Part shown: positions 9,537-19,270 of the stretch, one piece after another
Layout of the letters: every line of letters starts with the position of its first letter
Position numbering within the stretch: the stretch's first letter is position 1
Position numbers and translations under genes: made by a program
The notes under the pieces: generated by a model
Databases searched by the model: none
What the model was told of the DNA's origin: nothing
What the model saw: only the letters and a program-made list of their open reading frames with translations
DNA from: Opitutus sp. GAS368
Lineage (GTDB): Bacteria > Verrucomicrobiota > Verrucomicrobiia > Opitutales > Opitutaceae
Direction: 5' to 3'
Assembly (NCBI GenBank): GCA_945861645.1
Contig: CAMAVZ010000028.1
Coordinates: 1 to 25,046 of the forward strand
DNA: 25,046 nt

Positions 9537-10697
9537 GTGATTCCTTCCCTCAAGTTAAAGCCCAACGCCAATTCCCGCGTCCTCACCGGTCATCCGTGGG
9601 TATTTGCCAACGAATGTATCGAGCTACTGCCGACCGCTCATGATGGCGCCGTGGTGGAAGGTCGGGATCGTACGGGTCGTTTTATCGGTACCGGGATTTA
9701 TAACAGCAAATCGCAGATTGTCTGGCGTCGGCTGAGTCGCGACCGGGTGACGTTGGATGCCGCATATCTGCGGACGGCACTGGAACGGGCCATCGCGCGG
9801 CGCGAGGGGCTGGGGGATTTCAAGCGGTTAGTCTGGTCGGAATCAGATGATTTGCCGGGTGTCGTGGTGGATCAATTTGGAGATACGCTCGTGGTCCAAG
9901 TGCAGACCTTGGCGCTAGATAATTGCACGGCCTTAATCAGTGAATTGCTGACCGAGTTGGTGCAACCGACAGAAATTATTTTCCGCAATGATGCGAATAT
10001 TCGCAAACTGGAAGGGTTGCCGTTTGAGGTGCACACCCGTTCCGGCGCAACCTGGGAGCCCCGTTGGGTCAAGATTGATGGGCTTGATTATTGGTTGGAC
10101 CTCCAGGGTGGGCAGAAAACGGGCTTTTACCTCGATCAGCGTCTGCAACATGCGGCCGTGGCAAAATATGCGGCGGGCAAGCGGGTGCTGGATGCCTTTT
10201 GTAACCAAGGCTCGTTCGCGCTCCATTGCGCGAAGGCGGGGGCGGCGTACGTTTGCGGATTAGATAGCGCATTTGATGCCGTGGGTCAGGCCAAGAAAAA
10301 TGCCGAGCGCAACGGGCTGACCGCCGAATTTGTGGCCGCGAATGTTTTTGATTGGTTTACCGCCCAACGGGAGGCTAAGCCGGTCTGGGATTTAATTGTT
10401 TTAGACCCACCGCCTTTTGCGAAATCAAAGTCCGCTCTCGATGGGGCTTTACGGGGTTATAAAGAAATTAATCTACGAGCGCTCAAGGCCTTGGCGCCTG
10501 GAGGTCTCTTGGCGACTTACAGCTGTTCCCATCATATGCAGGATGCCCAGTTGCGTGAGGTCTTGGCGGAAGCCGCCGCAGACGCCAAGCGCCGCGTGCA
10601 TGTGATCGAATGGTCGCATCAACCCGCCGATCATCCCGTGCTGGTGACTATGCCCGAAAGCGAATACCTGCGCGGCTATATTCTCCGCGTCGAATAG
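9537..10697 (+). CDS. rlmI: Class I SAM-dependent rRNA methyltransferase (RlmI/YccW family)
   Basis: GHPWVF (PUA), SESDDLPG, GQKTGFYLDQR, VLDAFC, LDPPPF, SCSHH, DHPV, YLRG. Confidence 0.88.
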   Translation: MIPSLKLKPNANSRVLTGHPWVFANECIELLPTAHDGAVVEGRDRTGRFIGTGIYNSKSQIVWRRLSRDRVTLDAAYLRTALERAIARREGLGDFKRLVWSESDDLPGVVVDQFGDTLVVQVQTLALDNCTALISELLTELVQPTEIIFRNDANIRKLEGLPFEVHTRSGATWEPRWVKIDGLDYWLDLQGGQKTGFYLDQRLQHAAVAKYAAGKRVLDAFCNQGSFALHCAKAGAAYVCGLDSAFDAVGQAKKNAERNGLTAEFVAANVFDWFTAQREAKPVWDLIVLDPPPFAKSKSALDGALRGYKEINLRALKALAPGGLLATYSCSHHMQDAQLREVLAEAAADAKRRVHVIEWSHQPADHPVLVTMPESEYLRGYILRVE

Positions 10698-10713
10698 CCC
10701 GGCGCGTTCGCCA

Positions 10714-11199
10714 TCAGCGAGTCGCGTTGTCTAGATTGCGACGTGTCGTCCGCAACTGCTCGAGTTCGGCTTCGAGCATGGCCAGCCCTTGAAGGGTGGA
10801 GGGACGTTTCATGGCCTCGAGGACCGCGCGCTCGGTTTCAAGTAAGCTGACGCGACTGGCGGCCACCGCCGAAAGATGCGCGGCAGAATTGCCGCCAAAG
10901 ATTGCGGCGGTTTGAGCAAGTTTAGGATTATTGAGCGCCTTATCGAGCTCACTTGATTTCACTTTTTTCCTTTCGCGGGCGATCAGTTTATCGAGCTTCG
11001 TGATCGTGACATCGATTTCACGCACGCGGTTCTTGGTTACCTGAATGGTGGGTAACTCGATGGCCGGCTCGGGTGTGAGGTGGGTTGCTGGCGAGGTGGG
11101 TGGGGTGCTCGCGGGAGTGCTGTCGCCGGCGGCCCAGAGGCTGGAGCCAAAGCTGATGCCGAGAATGAGTAAAAAAGGGCGGCCGAGATAAATATTCAC
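10714..11199 (-). CDS. Hypothetical secreted coiled-coil protein
   Basis: GTG at 11199 gives a signal peptide (FLLILGISFGSSLWA), a Pro/Thr linker and a helical charged C-terminus. The ORF is open to TTG 11235. Confidence 0.65.
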   Translation of the reverse strand: MNIYLGRPFLLILGISFGSSLWAAGDSTPASTPPTSPATHLTPEPAIELPTIQVTKNRVREIDVTITKLDKLIARERKKVKSSELDKALNNPKLAQTAAIFGGNSAAHLSAVAASRVSLLETERAVLEAMKRPSTLQGLAMLEAELEQLRTTRRNLDNATR

Positions 11200-11242
11200 A
11201 GAATGTAACGTGCCGGCGTGGTCCAAGCCGAGCAAGAGCAGA

Positions 11243-12145
11243 TCATCTTGGCGCGGGGGCTCTCGGTTGACTTAATTTCAGAAATGCAGCGCCGAAACGT
11301 CCCCCGATAATCAGCTGATTTTCCGCGCTGAAATGATGCGTATTTACGTTGGGAAGATCATCCACATCGATCCAGGCGGCAGCCGCCACTGACGCACCGA
11401 CTGTTATCTGCGCGCGCCGTACGGTGGCCATCGGGGCATTATCGCCATTGCCGGTGAGGGCGCGGGCGATGGATGAATTCACACTGCGGGCGAGCACAAA
11501 GGGCGTTGTAGAGGTCCCGTATCGGAGTCGCAGCAGGTCAATTAAGTTGCGTAGATTATCGGCATAATGGCTCGCCAGTGGCCCATGGATCGCATCGTCA
11601 ATTCCTTGATGCCAAATAATTCCACCGATGCGAAGGGGGTAACCTTGCGCGCGGAGTTCAGCCAGGCGGCTATCGATAAATTGCATCCAGGGATGGAACA
11701 ATGAGCCCCCTTCAGCCCAAGGCCAAGTCGGCGCGTTGCGGCTGAAATTTGCATAGACTTTGATGATGGCGACATCGCGCCAGCCCGCGGCGTAAAGCGC
11801 GCGGGCAAAGCCGACTTCGGGGCCATGCACGAGCTGATCTTTAGAACGCTGCGCCCGGAGCTCTCCCCAGGGTAGATAAAGCGGTGATTGCTCACCCGCG
11901 GGCAGCGGCGCAGTGGTCAAGCGGGTCGCGTGATCGGCTGCAGTCGGTTCGAATCCCGGCGGAGTGGTCACGACCGCATCAGCTCCGGCCATGTTAGATT
12001 GGCCGGCGAAGAGAAATACATTAATCACCGGTCGTTCCGCGGCGTTTGCCTCGGCTCGTGGGTGGCTATAAATTGCTGCCGTCAGGACCGCCAAAATTCG
12101 CAATGGGCAAATCAGCAAGCGAGTGGTTAGCGAGATGAAATTCAC
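11243..12145 (-). CDS. SGNH-type carbohydrate acetylesterase (SASA / CE6-like), exported
   Basis: VFLFAGQSNMAG, GPEVGF, IIWHQG, C-terminal HF..Q..IG.RF; hydrophobic N-terminus. Confidence 0.82.
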   Translation of the reverse strand: MNFISLTTRLLICPLRILAVLTAAIYSHPRAEANAAERPVINVFLFAGQSNMAGADAVVTTPPGFEPTAADHATRLTTAPLPAGEQSPLYLPWGELRAQRSKDQLVHGPEVGFARALYAAGWRDVAIIKVYANFSRNAPTWPWAEGGSLFHPWMQFIDSRLAELRAQGYPLRIGGIIWHQGIDDAIHGPLASHYADNLRNLIDLLRLRYGTSTTPFVLARSVNSSIARALTGNGDNAPMATVRRAQITVGASVAAAAWIDVDDLPNVNTHHFSAENQLIIGGRFGAAFLKLSQPRAPAPR

Positions 12146-12169
12146 AAATCTGCGATTTTATACATCCTG

Positions 12170-12238
12170 CGCCAGCTAGCGGCTGGCGGATTGTCGGTGA
12201 ACAATGTGGCTTGGCCTCGATCATGAAGACCAAGCCAC
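12170..12238 (-). terminator. Cluster of hairpins downstream of eno (possible terminator or 3' protector)
   Basis: GTGGCTTGG/CCAAGCCAC (12206-12238), ATTGT/ACAAT (12190-12205), CGCCAGC/GCTGGCG (12170-12188). No U tract. Confidence 0.45.
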
Positions 12239-12251
12239 CGGTCATGGTGAG

Positions 12252-13571
<1,320 letters not shown>

Positions 13572-13599
13572 TTATAGTATGATCACGCGCGGTACTGAT

Positions 13600-14607
13600 T
13601 TATGCAACGCAGCGGATAAATTTTTGCCAAGCACTCAGTGCTTTAGGTCTTAATTCTTCGGGTAATTGATGGGTGAAGCCACGGCTGATCGCCGCGTCGC
13701 GGGGGGTGCGGCCGTTGTAGTTGCGGATCGTGAGAGTCTGCTCGTTGAGTAACGCGCGGGGGATGCTTGGCAGATGCCCTTCAAGGGCGGCAGCGTGCAC
13801 GGGAGTGTCGCCAAAATCATTGCGTCGGCTCAGCCCGGCGAGGGTCAGGCTTGCCACGGGGAGTTGACTAATCGCGCCAGATTCAGCGGCCGCGTGGAGG
13901 GGGGTGTGGCCGGATTTACTCGGAATGGCTAAGTTTTCAGGGGTGAGCACCGCCAGCGGAATTTGGTCGAGACGACCGGCCATGGCCGCGGCATGGAGGC
14001 AAGTGTCTTGGTTGATGGTCTTGAGCAGGAGCGCATCAGCGGTAAGAAATTGCTTCGGAATTTGGTCGAGATGGCCATTAAAGGCGGCGACGTGCAATAC
14101 GGTCTCGCCCCCCATATTCGCAGTAAGCAGGCTGGGCCGGGTGATGAATTCTGGGGGGAAATGATCGAGGGTGCCCGCTTCTGCGGCCTCGTGTAGGGGA
14201 GTATTGCCTGAGTCGGTGGGCGTCAGCATGACCGCTAGAGAAAGCAATTTCGCTGGCAGTTGGCTGAGGGTGCCGTTGGCCGCAGCCAGGTGCAGGGGCG
14301 TGTAACCGCTATTCGAGCGGTTTAAAAGATTTTCGTGGGTTAGGAGGGTCGGCGGAATTTGGCCGAGGAAGCCGTGGCGTGCGGCGAGATGCAGGGGGGT
14401 ATAGCCGGCATGGTTTTTCCGCAGCAGCTGAGTTTTACTTAGGGCGGCGGGGGGCAACTGAATGAGGGTGCCATATTTAGCCGCAAGATGGAGGGGGGTA
14501 TTGCCTGAGGCATTTTCTTGGCTGAGCAGATCAGGCGTCAGCAGCTCGGGGGGCCATTGCGCCAAGGTGCCGGCGCGGGCGGCAGCGTTTAGATCGAAAA
14601 ATTCCAT
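13600..14607 (-). CDS. Ankyrin-like repeat protein (nine 33-aa repeats plus a partial N-terminal one)
   Basis: Repeated G-TPLH-AA--G units with a 33-aa period. Start ATG 14607 (MEFFDL) is preferred because the longer ORF overlaps the divergent gene. Confidence 0.9.
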   Translation of the reverse strand: MEFFDLNAAARAGTLAQWPPELLTPDLLSQENASGNTPLHLAAKYGTLIQLPPAALSKTQLLRKNHAGYTPLHLAARHGFLGQIPPTLLTHENLLNRSNSGYTPLHLAAANGTLSQLPAKLLSLAVMLTPTDSGNTPLHEAAEAGTLDHFPPEFITRPSLLTANMGGETVLHVAAFNGHLDQIPKQFLTADALLLKTINQDTCLHAAAMAGRLDQIPLAVLTPENLAIPSKSGHTPLHAAAESGAISQLPVASLTLAGLSRRNDFGDTPVHAAALEGHLPSIPRALLNEQTLTIRNYNGRTPRDAAISRGFTHQLPEELRPKALSAWQKFIRCVA

Positions 14608-14720
14608 GCCAGTGCAGCTAAGAAAGCGTCGGTCTGACCGCAGGCAAACCAAAACCAGAGAGAGCGGTGAGTGGCGTGCTTTGAGTTTGCCACCCTTCAT
14701 CGCGACCCAGTAATTCCCCG

Positions 14721-15143
14721 GTGATGACACCGAGCCCCGCCCCCGCAAGTAACTTAGGGGCTATTTTACTCATCGATGATGAGCAATCGTTGCTCGCGCT
14801 CTACGCCGAGGCGCTTTCACTCTTCTTCGAGATCGTGCTGGCCACCAGTACCCGAGAGGCGAATTTTATTGTCCACAAGAAATCTTTTAAAGTGGCGGTC
14901 TGCGATCACCTCATGCCGGGGGGAAACGGCCTGAGTTTTCTCGTCGAGGCTCGCGAGGAGTATCCGCACATGCAGCGCGTGCTGGTGACGGGCTACATGA
15001 AGCCAGAAATGCTTTTGCGCAGCGTGAATGAGGCGGCGCTTTATCGCTATCTGCTTAAGCCGGTTTCATTGGCTGATTTAGTCAAGACAGTCAAAGAGGC
15101 GGCTAAAGTGCATGATCAATCGGTCGCCGCCGCGGGCGGCTAA
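14721..15143 (+). CDS. Single-domain response regulator receiver
   Basis: ILLIDDE, VCDHLMPGGNG (phospho-Asp), LVTGY, YLLKP; no output domain. Confidence 0.9.
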   Translation: MMTPSPAPASNLGAILLIDDEQSLLALYAEALSLFFEIVLATSTREANFIVHKKSFKVAVCDHLMPGGNGLSFLVEAREEYPHMQRVLVTGYMKPEMLLRSVNEAALYRYLLKPVSLADLVKTVKEAAKVHDQSVAAAGG

Positions 15144-15158
15144 GCTGCGCGCGGCGGC
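15126..15158. terminator. GC-rich hairpin between the convergent receiver gene and rpoN
   Basis: GCCGCCGCG-G-GCGGC-TAA-GCTGC-G-CGCGGCGGC with the stop codon in the loop. No U tract. Confidence 0.45.
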
Positions 15159-15174
15159 ACTGGGCTCGAGCGCT

Positions 15175-16632
15175 TCAATCGTAACGTCGGCGAAGATTGC
15201 TGGGTAAAAGACCCAAGCCTTCGCGATATTTGGCCACGGTGCGTCGGGCCAACTGGAGGCCCTGGGCCTGAAGGATTCCGACGATTTCTTGGTCGCTGAG
15301 GGGGTGGCCGGGATCTTCGCTCGCAATCGTGTCGGCAATAATTTCTTTCACGCTCGTATTGGACACCGCTTCGCCGGCCGCCGATTGATAGCCGGAGGTG
15401 AAGAAATATTTCATCGGGAAAATTCCGTGAGGGGTCTGCATATATTTATTGGCCACGGCCCGACTTACGGTGGTTTCGTGCACGCTAATGAGGTCGGCGA
15501 TTTGGGTCATCGTGAGGGGCTTTAATTTAGCGACCCCTCCATCAAGAAATTCCCGCTGGTGCTTAATGATTTCGCGGGTGATGCGCTCGATGGTGCGCTG
15601 CCGTTGCTCGATTGCGTTAATGATAAATTTTCCCGAGCGGAGCTTTTCGCGAAGGTAGTCACTTTCGGCCTTATTTAAATGACCTTGGGCAATGAGGGCT
15701 TTGTAAGTATTACTGAGGCGGAGGCGGGGAATATAATCTTGATTGAGAATAATTTTCCAATCCGCGCCGTCTTTTTCTACGGTCACATCAGCGATCACCA
15801 CGCGATTGCTGTCAGCCGCAAACCGGCGACCGGGCGCGGGGTCTAGGGTGCTGATTTCTTCGATGGCCGTCTGGATAATCTCGAGTGAGAGACCCGTCTT
15901 CCGGGCCAACTCCGGGATGCGCCGGCGCATGAGTAATTCGAGATAGGCGCGAATGATACGGGCGGCCACTGATTTGCCGCGCCCTTTTTGGCTAAGTTGG
16001 ATCAGTAGACAGTCAGCTAGATTTTCCGCCCCGATCCCGGCTGGGTCAAAAGTTTTGAGCCGCTGAGCGGCGGCTTGGATGGCTTCCAGTGACAGATTCG
16101 CCAACAGTGCGAGGTCTGGGAGGGAGGCGGTCACATAGCCACGATCGTCCAGACTTCCGATCAGAAAGCGCAGGGCCTCTAAGTGCGTAGCGGGGAGGTC
16201 GGTGAATTCGGCTTGCTGCATCAGATGCTGCGGCAGCGAGGTTTCGATCGTTAACGAGTCGAAGAAATGTTGGCGCCGTTCATCTTCTTCGCCGGTGCTC
16301 GGGCGCACCCCCCCGGTATCGGTCAGGTGATCTTTCCAGTCTTGGCCCAATTTTTCTAAGACCTGAAAATCTTTGGAGAAGTCCATTGCTTCGCGCGGAT
16401 CGTCGTTTGGCGTAGCGGTTTCATCGCCGCTGGTAGCTGATTTCTCCAAGCTAACGTCACCCATCGGTTGTTCTTCGAGGGTCGGGTTGGACTGTAATTC
16501 TTCTTGGATGGTCGCGCGCAGGTCGAGCGCGGCGACCTGCAGTATTTTTAAGGACTGCTGCATTTGCGGCGCCAGCATGAGCGTCTGCGTCTGCCGCTGC
16601 TGAAAGCCTTGTTGGAGTCCGGGACCACTCAT
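15175..16632 (-). CDS. rpoN: RNA polymerase sigma-54 factor
   Basis: Gln-rich Region I (QQRQTQTLMLAPQMQQSLKILQ), HTH VHETTVSRA, RpoN box ARRTVAKYRE. Confidence 0.98.
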   Translation of the reverse strand: MSGPGLQQGFQQRQTQTLMLAPQMQQSLKILQVAALDLRATIQEELQSNPTLEEQPMGDVSLEKSATSGDETATPNDDPREAMDFSKDFQVLEKLGQDWKDHLTDTGGVRPSTGEEDERRQHFFDSLTIETSLPQHLMQQAEFTDLPATHLEALRFLIGSLDDRGYVTASLPDLALLANLSLEAIQAAAQRLKTFDPAGIGAENLADCLLIQLSQKGRGKSVAARIIRAYLELLMRRRIPELARKTGLSLEIIQTAIEEISTLDPAPGRRFAADSNRVVIADVTVEKDGADWKIILNQDYIPRLRLSNTYKALIAQGHLNKAESDYLREKLRSGKFIINAIEQRQRTIERITREIIKHQREFLDGGVAKLKPLTMTQIADLISVHETTVSRAVANKYMQTPHGIFPMKYFFTSGYQSAAGEAVSNTSVKEIIADTIASEDPGHPLSDQEIVGILQAQGLQLARRTVAKYREGLGLLPSNLRRRYD

Positions 16633-16643
16633 GTGACAAGGGC

Positions 16644-17648
16644 CTATGGCTGGTGAGCGCGGGTGGCCGGACGAAAAGAATGCGGGACGGCAGGGGTGGC
16701 GCCAAATTGGGCAACCGGAAAAATTTCGGCGAGATAAACCGCGAGCTTTTCGTTGGTCGGACCATAGCGATCGCTGTAGAGGTAGAGTTCTAGATCGGTC
16801 AGCAGCGCTAAGGCGCTCTGGTAGCGTTGCTCCCGATCACGTTGGAGTGACTGCTGCATGATGGCCGCCAGTTTGGCATCGAGGTCCGGGCGCAGGGTAG
16901 TAAAGTCGGGCACCGGCAGGGTTAAAATATTGCGCCGAGATTGGGAGCGATCGGCTCCTCGAAAAATATTTTTGCCCAGAATTACTTCGCTCATGACTAC
17001 GCCGAGGGAGAAAAGATCTGCTCGGCTATCCGTAACGGCGAGGCTCGCGCCTTCCGGCGAGAGATATTCATCTTTGCCCGGAATGATTTTGCCTTCCTCA
17101 TTATACATGAGGTCGAAAGCCTTCGCGATGCCGAAGTCGGTTAGCTTTACGTCGCCTTCCATCGCGAGCATGACATTTTTGGGATTAACATCGCGGTGGA
17201 CGATTCCCAGTGGACGGTTCTGGCGGTCTTTTTTACCGTGCGCATAACTTAGGCCGCGGCAGACGCGCGAGGCGATAAAGACGGCGAGATCGAGCGGCAC
17301 GGGACGATTTAATTCATGATGCCGATTGATAAATTGTTCTAAATTTATGCCTCGGACATATTCCATGGTCATATAGTACTGACCGTTAACTTGGCCGAGG
17401 TGATAGGTCTGGACGATATTCGTGTGGATTAGGTCAGCCACGAGCTTGGCCTCGCCAATGAAGTTTTTTTGAAACTCTGGGATCGCGGAGTATTCCTCTC
17501 GAATCAACTTGATCGCGACAGATTTGCGAAAATTACCTGAGCCCTTTTGCACAGCTTCGTAGACTAGGCCCATGCCCCCTTCCGCGAGCTTTTGGATTAG
17601 CTCGTAGTGCAGTTCGCTGAAAATGTGCTGAAGGGAAGGCAAGGTCAC
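16644..17648 (-). CDS. Hanks-type Ser/Thr protein kinase, catalytic domain only
   Basis: [39 protein letters not shown]. No TM or sensor domain. Confidence 0.93.
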   Translation of the reverse strand: MTLPSLQHIFSELHYELIQKLAEGGMGLVYEAVQKGSGNFRKSVAIKLIREEYSAIPEFQKNFIGEAKLVADLIHTNIVQTYHLGQVNGQYYMTMEYVRGINLEQFINRHHELNRPVPLDLAVFIASRVCRGLSYAHGKKDRQNRPLGIVHRDVNPKNVMLAMEGDVKLTDFGIAKAFDLMYNEEGKIIPGKDEYLSPEGASLAVTDSRADLFSLGVVMSEVILGKNIFRGADRSQSRRNILTLPVPDFTTLRPDLDAKLAAIMQQSLQRDREQRYQSALALLTDLELYLYSDRYGPTNEKLAVYLAEIFPVAQFGATPAVPHSFRPATRAHQP

Positions 17649-17743
17649 ATTCCACGGAAACGGCGACTTTTAAGCGTGGCAAGAAAACAGCGCGCTATTT
17701 GCACGATTCCTGCTACAAAGGTATCGGCTCGCCTTAGCCTCGG

Positions 17744-17771
17744 TTGACAGCCTCGGTCTTAGCCCTAGCTT
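17744..17771 (+). promoter_or_regulatory. sigma-70-type promoter for the Fe-S carrier gene (probably leaderless transcript)
   Basis: TTGACA (17744-17749)-N16-TAGCTT (17766-17771)-N6-ATG. Confidence 0.7.
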
Positions 17772-17777
17772 AACTCC

Positions 17778-18095
17778 ATGCTTACCCTCACGCCACGGGC
17801 CGCCCGTCAAGTGCAGTCAATGTTCACCGCCCAAGGTGATTTGCAAAAAAAACTGCGCGTATTCGTCGAAAGTGGCGGCTGTTCGGGGTTTGAGTATGGG
17901 ATGTCATTTGATCTGACCAAGGAGGGTGATCAGCTCTTCGAGAGTGAAGGCGTTCAATTGCTCGTTGATCCAACCAGCTTAGCTTATCTCGACGGTACTA
18001 ATATTGACTTCGATGACGGTCTGCATGGCAAAGGCTTCGAATTAAAAAACCCCAATGCGCAGAGCACTTGCGGTTGCGGCAAGTCCTTTAACTAA
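17778..18095 (+). CDS. A-type iron-sulfur cluster carrier (HesB/IscA/ErpA family)
   Basis: LTLT..AA, GGCSGFEY, NPNAQSTCGCGKSF. Confidence 0.95.
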   Translation: MLTLTPRAARQVQSMFTAQGDLQKKLRVFVESGGCSGFEYGMSFDLTKEGDQLFESEGVQLLVDPTSLAYLDGTNIDFDDGLHGKGFELKNPNAQSTCGCGKSFN

Positions 18096-18107
18096 TCCGC
18101 GGGGCGA

Positions 18108-18803
18108 CTAAACGCGTGCTTCGTGCAGCGCCACGATTCCGCAACTGAGGGGCAGGGCGCGGACCGAATTAAAACCAGCTTGGCGAATTTCCTCTGACAT
18201 GGCGATGCGATCGGGGTACTGCTCAATAGAACCGCCAAGATATTCGTAAGCTGAACGATCGCCGGTGATGATTCCAGCCACGATCGGGAGCACGTACTTG
18301 AGGTAAGTGTAGTAAAACGGTCGAAACCAGACCATCGGTTGCGAGAATTCTAAGATGAATAGGCGCCCGTCCGGCTTGAGCACCCGCCTCATTTCCTGCA
18401 AAGCTTGCGCGCGATTTACCATATTGCGGAGGCCGAAGGAAATGGTGATGGCCTGAAAGGACGCATCAGGCAGGGGTAAAGCCATACCGTCGCCTAGGCG
18501 GAACGCAATGTGAGTCCAGCGGTGATTTTCGTCCCGTTTCTTAACGGCCTCATCGAGCATGGGTTGGCAGAAGTCTATGCCTAACAGGGTTACGCCAGGA
18601 GCAAGTCCATCGGCTAAGGCGAAGACGACATCGCCACTGCCTGTCGCTAGATCCAGAACGGAGGTAGCGTGACTATCATAGACCGCGCGGACTAAGCGTT
18701 GACGCCACCAATAATCAATCCCGCCACTGAGCAGATGGTTTGCGATATCGTAACGACGCGCAATGCGGGCGAACATCGTGTTAACTGCCTTAGGATCGGG
18801 CAT
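18108..18803 (-). CDS. ubiE: Ubiquinone/menaquinone biosynthesis C-methyltransferase (UbiE/MenG)
   Basis: MF..IA.RYD..N..LS.G, VLDLATGSGD, ISFGLRN, RVLKPDG, LEFSQP, AYEYL..SI. Confidence 0.92.
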   Translation of the reverse strand: MPDPKAVNTMFARIARRYDIANHLLSGGIDYWWRQRLVRAVYDSHATSVLDLATGSGDVVFALADGLAPGVTLLGIDFCQPMLDEAVKKRDENHRWTHIAFRLGDGMALPLPDASFQAITISFGLRNMVNRAQALQEMRRVLKPDGRLFILEFSQPMVWFRPFYYTYLKYVLPIVAGIITGDRSAYEYLGGSIEQYPDRIAMSEEIRQAGFNSVRALPLSCGIVALHEARV

Positions 18804-18830
18804 TGGTAAGATTTAGCTTTAATCGAGCTT

Positions 18831-18863
18831 TGCGATTGACGCAAGCACTAGGGAGTGAATTGT
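18831..18863. promoter_or_regulatory. Overlapping divergent -35 elements for ubiE and the HU/IHF gene
   Basis: TTGACG at 18836-18841 (+) overlaps TTGCGT at 18844-18839 (-). The candidate -10 elements are weak. Confidence 0.4.
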
Positions 18864-18910
18864 TTGTGCCTGTAACGCCCGAGGCTTAAATTTTTTAACC
18901 CAACGTAACT

Positions 18911-19249
18911 ATGTCGACTAACCTCACAAAACGAGAAATCGTCCTGGAAATCTACGAGAAGACTGGTTTTCCGCAGAAGCAAATTCAAGACACGGTGCAA
19001 ATGACCCTGGATATTGTCATGGATGCCCTCGCTGCCGGCCGCAATGTTGAGCTGCGTAATTTTGGCGTCCTCGAAGTTCAGGTTCGCAAGGCCCGGGTCG
19101 GTCGTAATCCCAATAAGCCCGAGACGGAAGTCATCATTCCGGAGCGAGCTGTCGTAAAATTTAAGTCAGGTAAGATTCTCAAGCAGAAGATTAAACAACT
19201 GAGCTTGGAGAAATTGAAAAATAATCCGCCGCCCGCGGCTCCGGTCTAA
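18911..19249 (+). CDS. HU/IHF family DNA-binding protein
   Basis: LTKREIV, VELRNFG.L.V..RKAR.GRNP, VVKFKSGK. Confidence 0.93.
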   Translation: MSTNLTKREIVLEIYEKTGFPQKQIQDTVQMTLDIVMDALAAGRNVELRNFGVLEVQVRKARVGRNPNKPETEVIIPERAVVKFKSGKILKQKIKQLSLEKLKNNPPPAAPV

Positions 19250-19270
19250 GTCCGCTTTAAGTTAAGCGGC

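Noticed and set aside
11946..11957. tRNA T-loop-like GGTTCGAATCCC
   Set aside because: It lies antisense inside the esterase CDS. The T-stem does not pair and there is no cloverleaf.
13600..14607. Ankyrin gene as a DNA tandem repeat or CRISPR-like array
   Set aside because: The 99-bp periodicity is at the protein level with diverged nucleotides. There are no identical repeats or spacers.
14608..14748. N-terminal extensions in the ORF track (ankyrin to 14748; also tdh to 23421 and the regulator to 5046)
   Set aside because: They overlap promoters or neighbouring genes and lack family-like sequence. Downstream ATGs fit better.
17699..17714. sigma-54-like motif TTGCACGATTCCTGCT near the kinase-rpoN promoter region
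   Set aside because: The spacing fits TGGCACG-N4-TTGCW, but the near-invariant -24 GG is TG. It is not supportable as a promoter without data.
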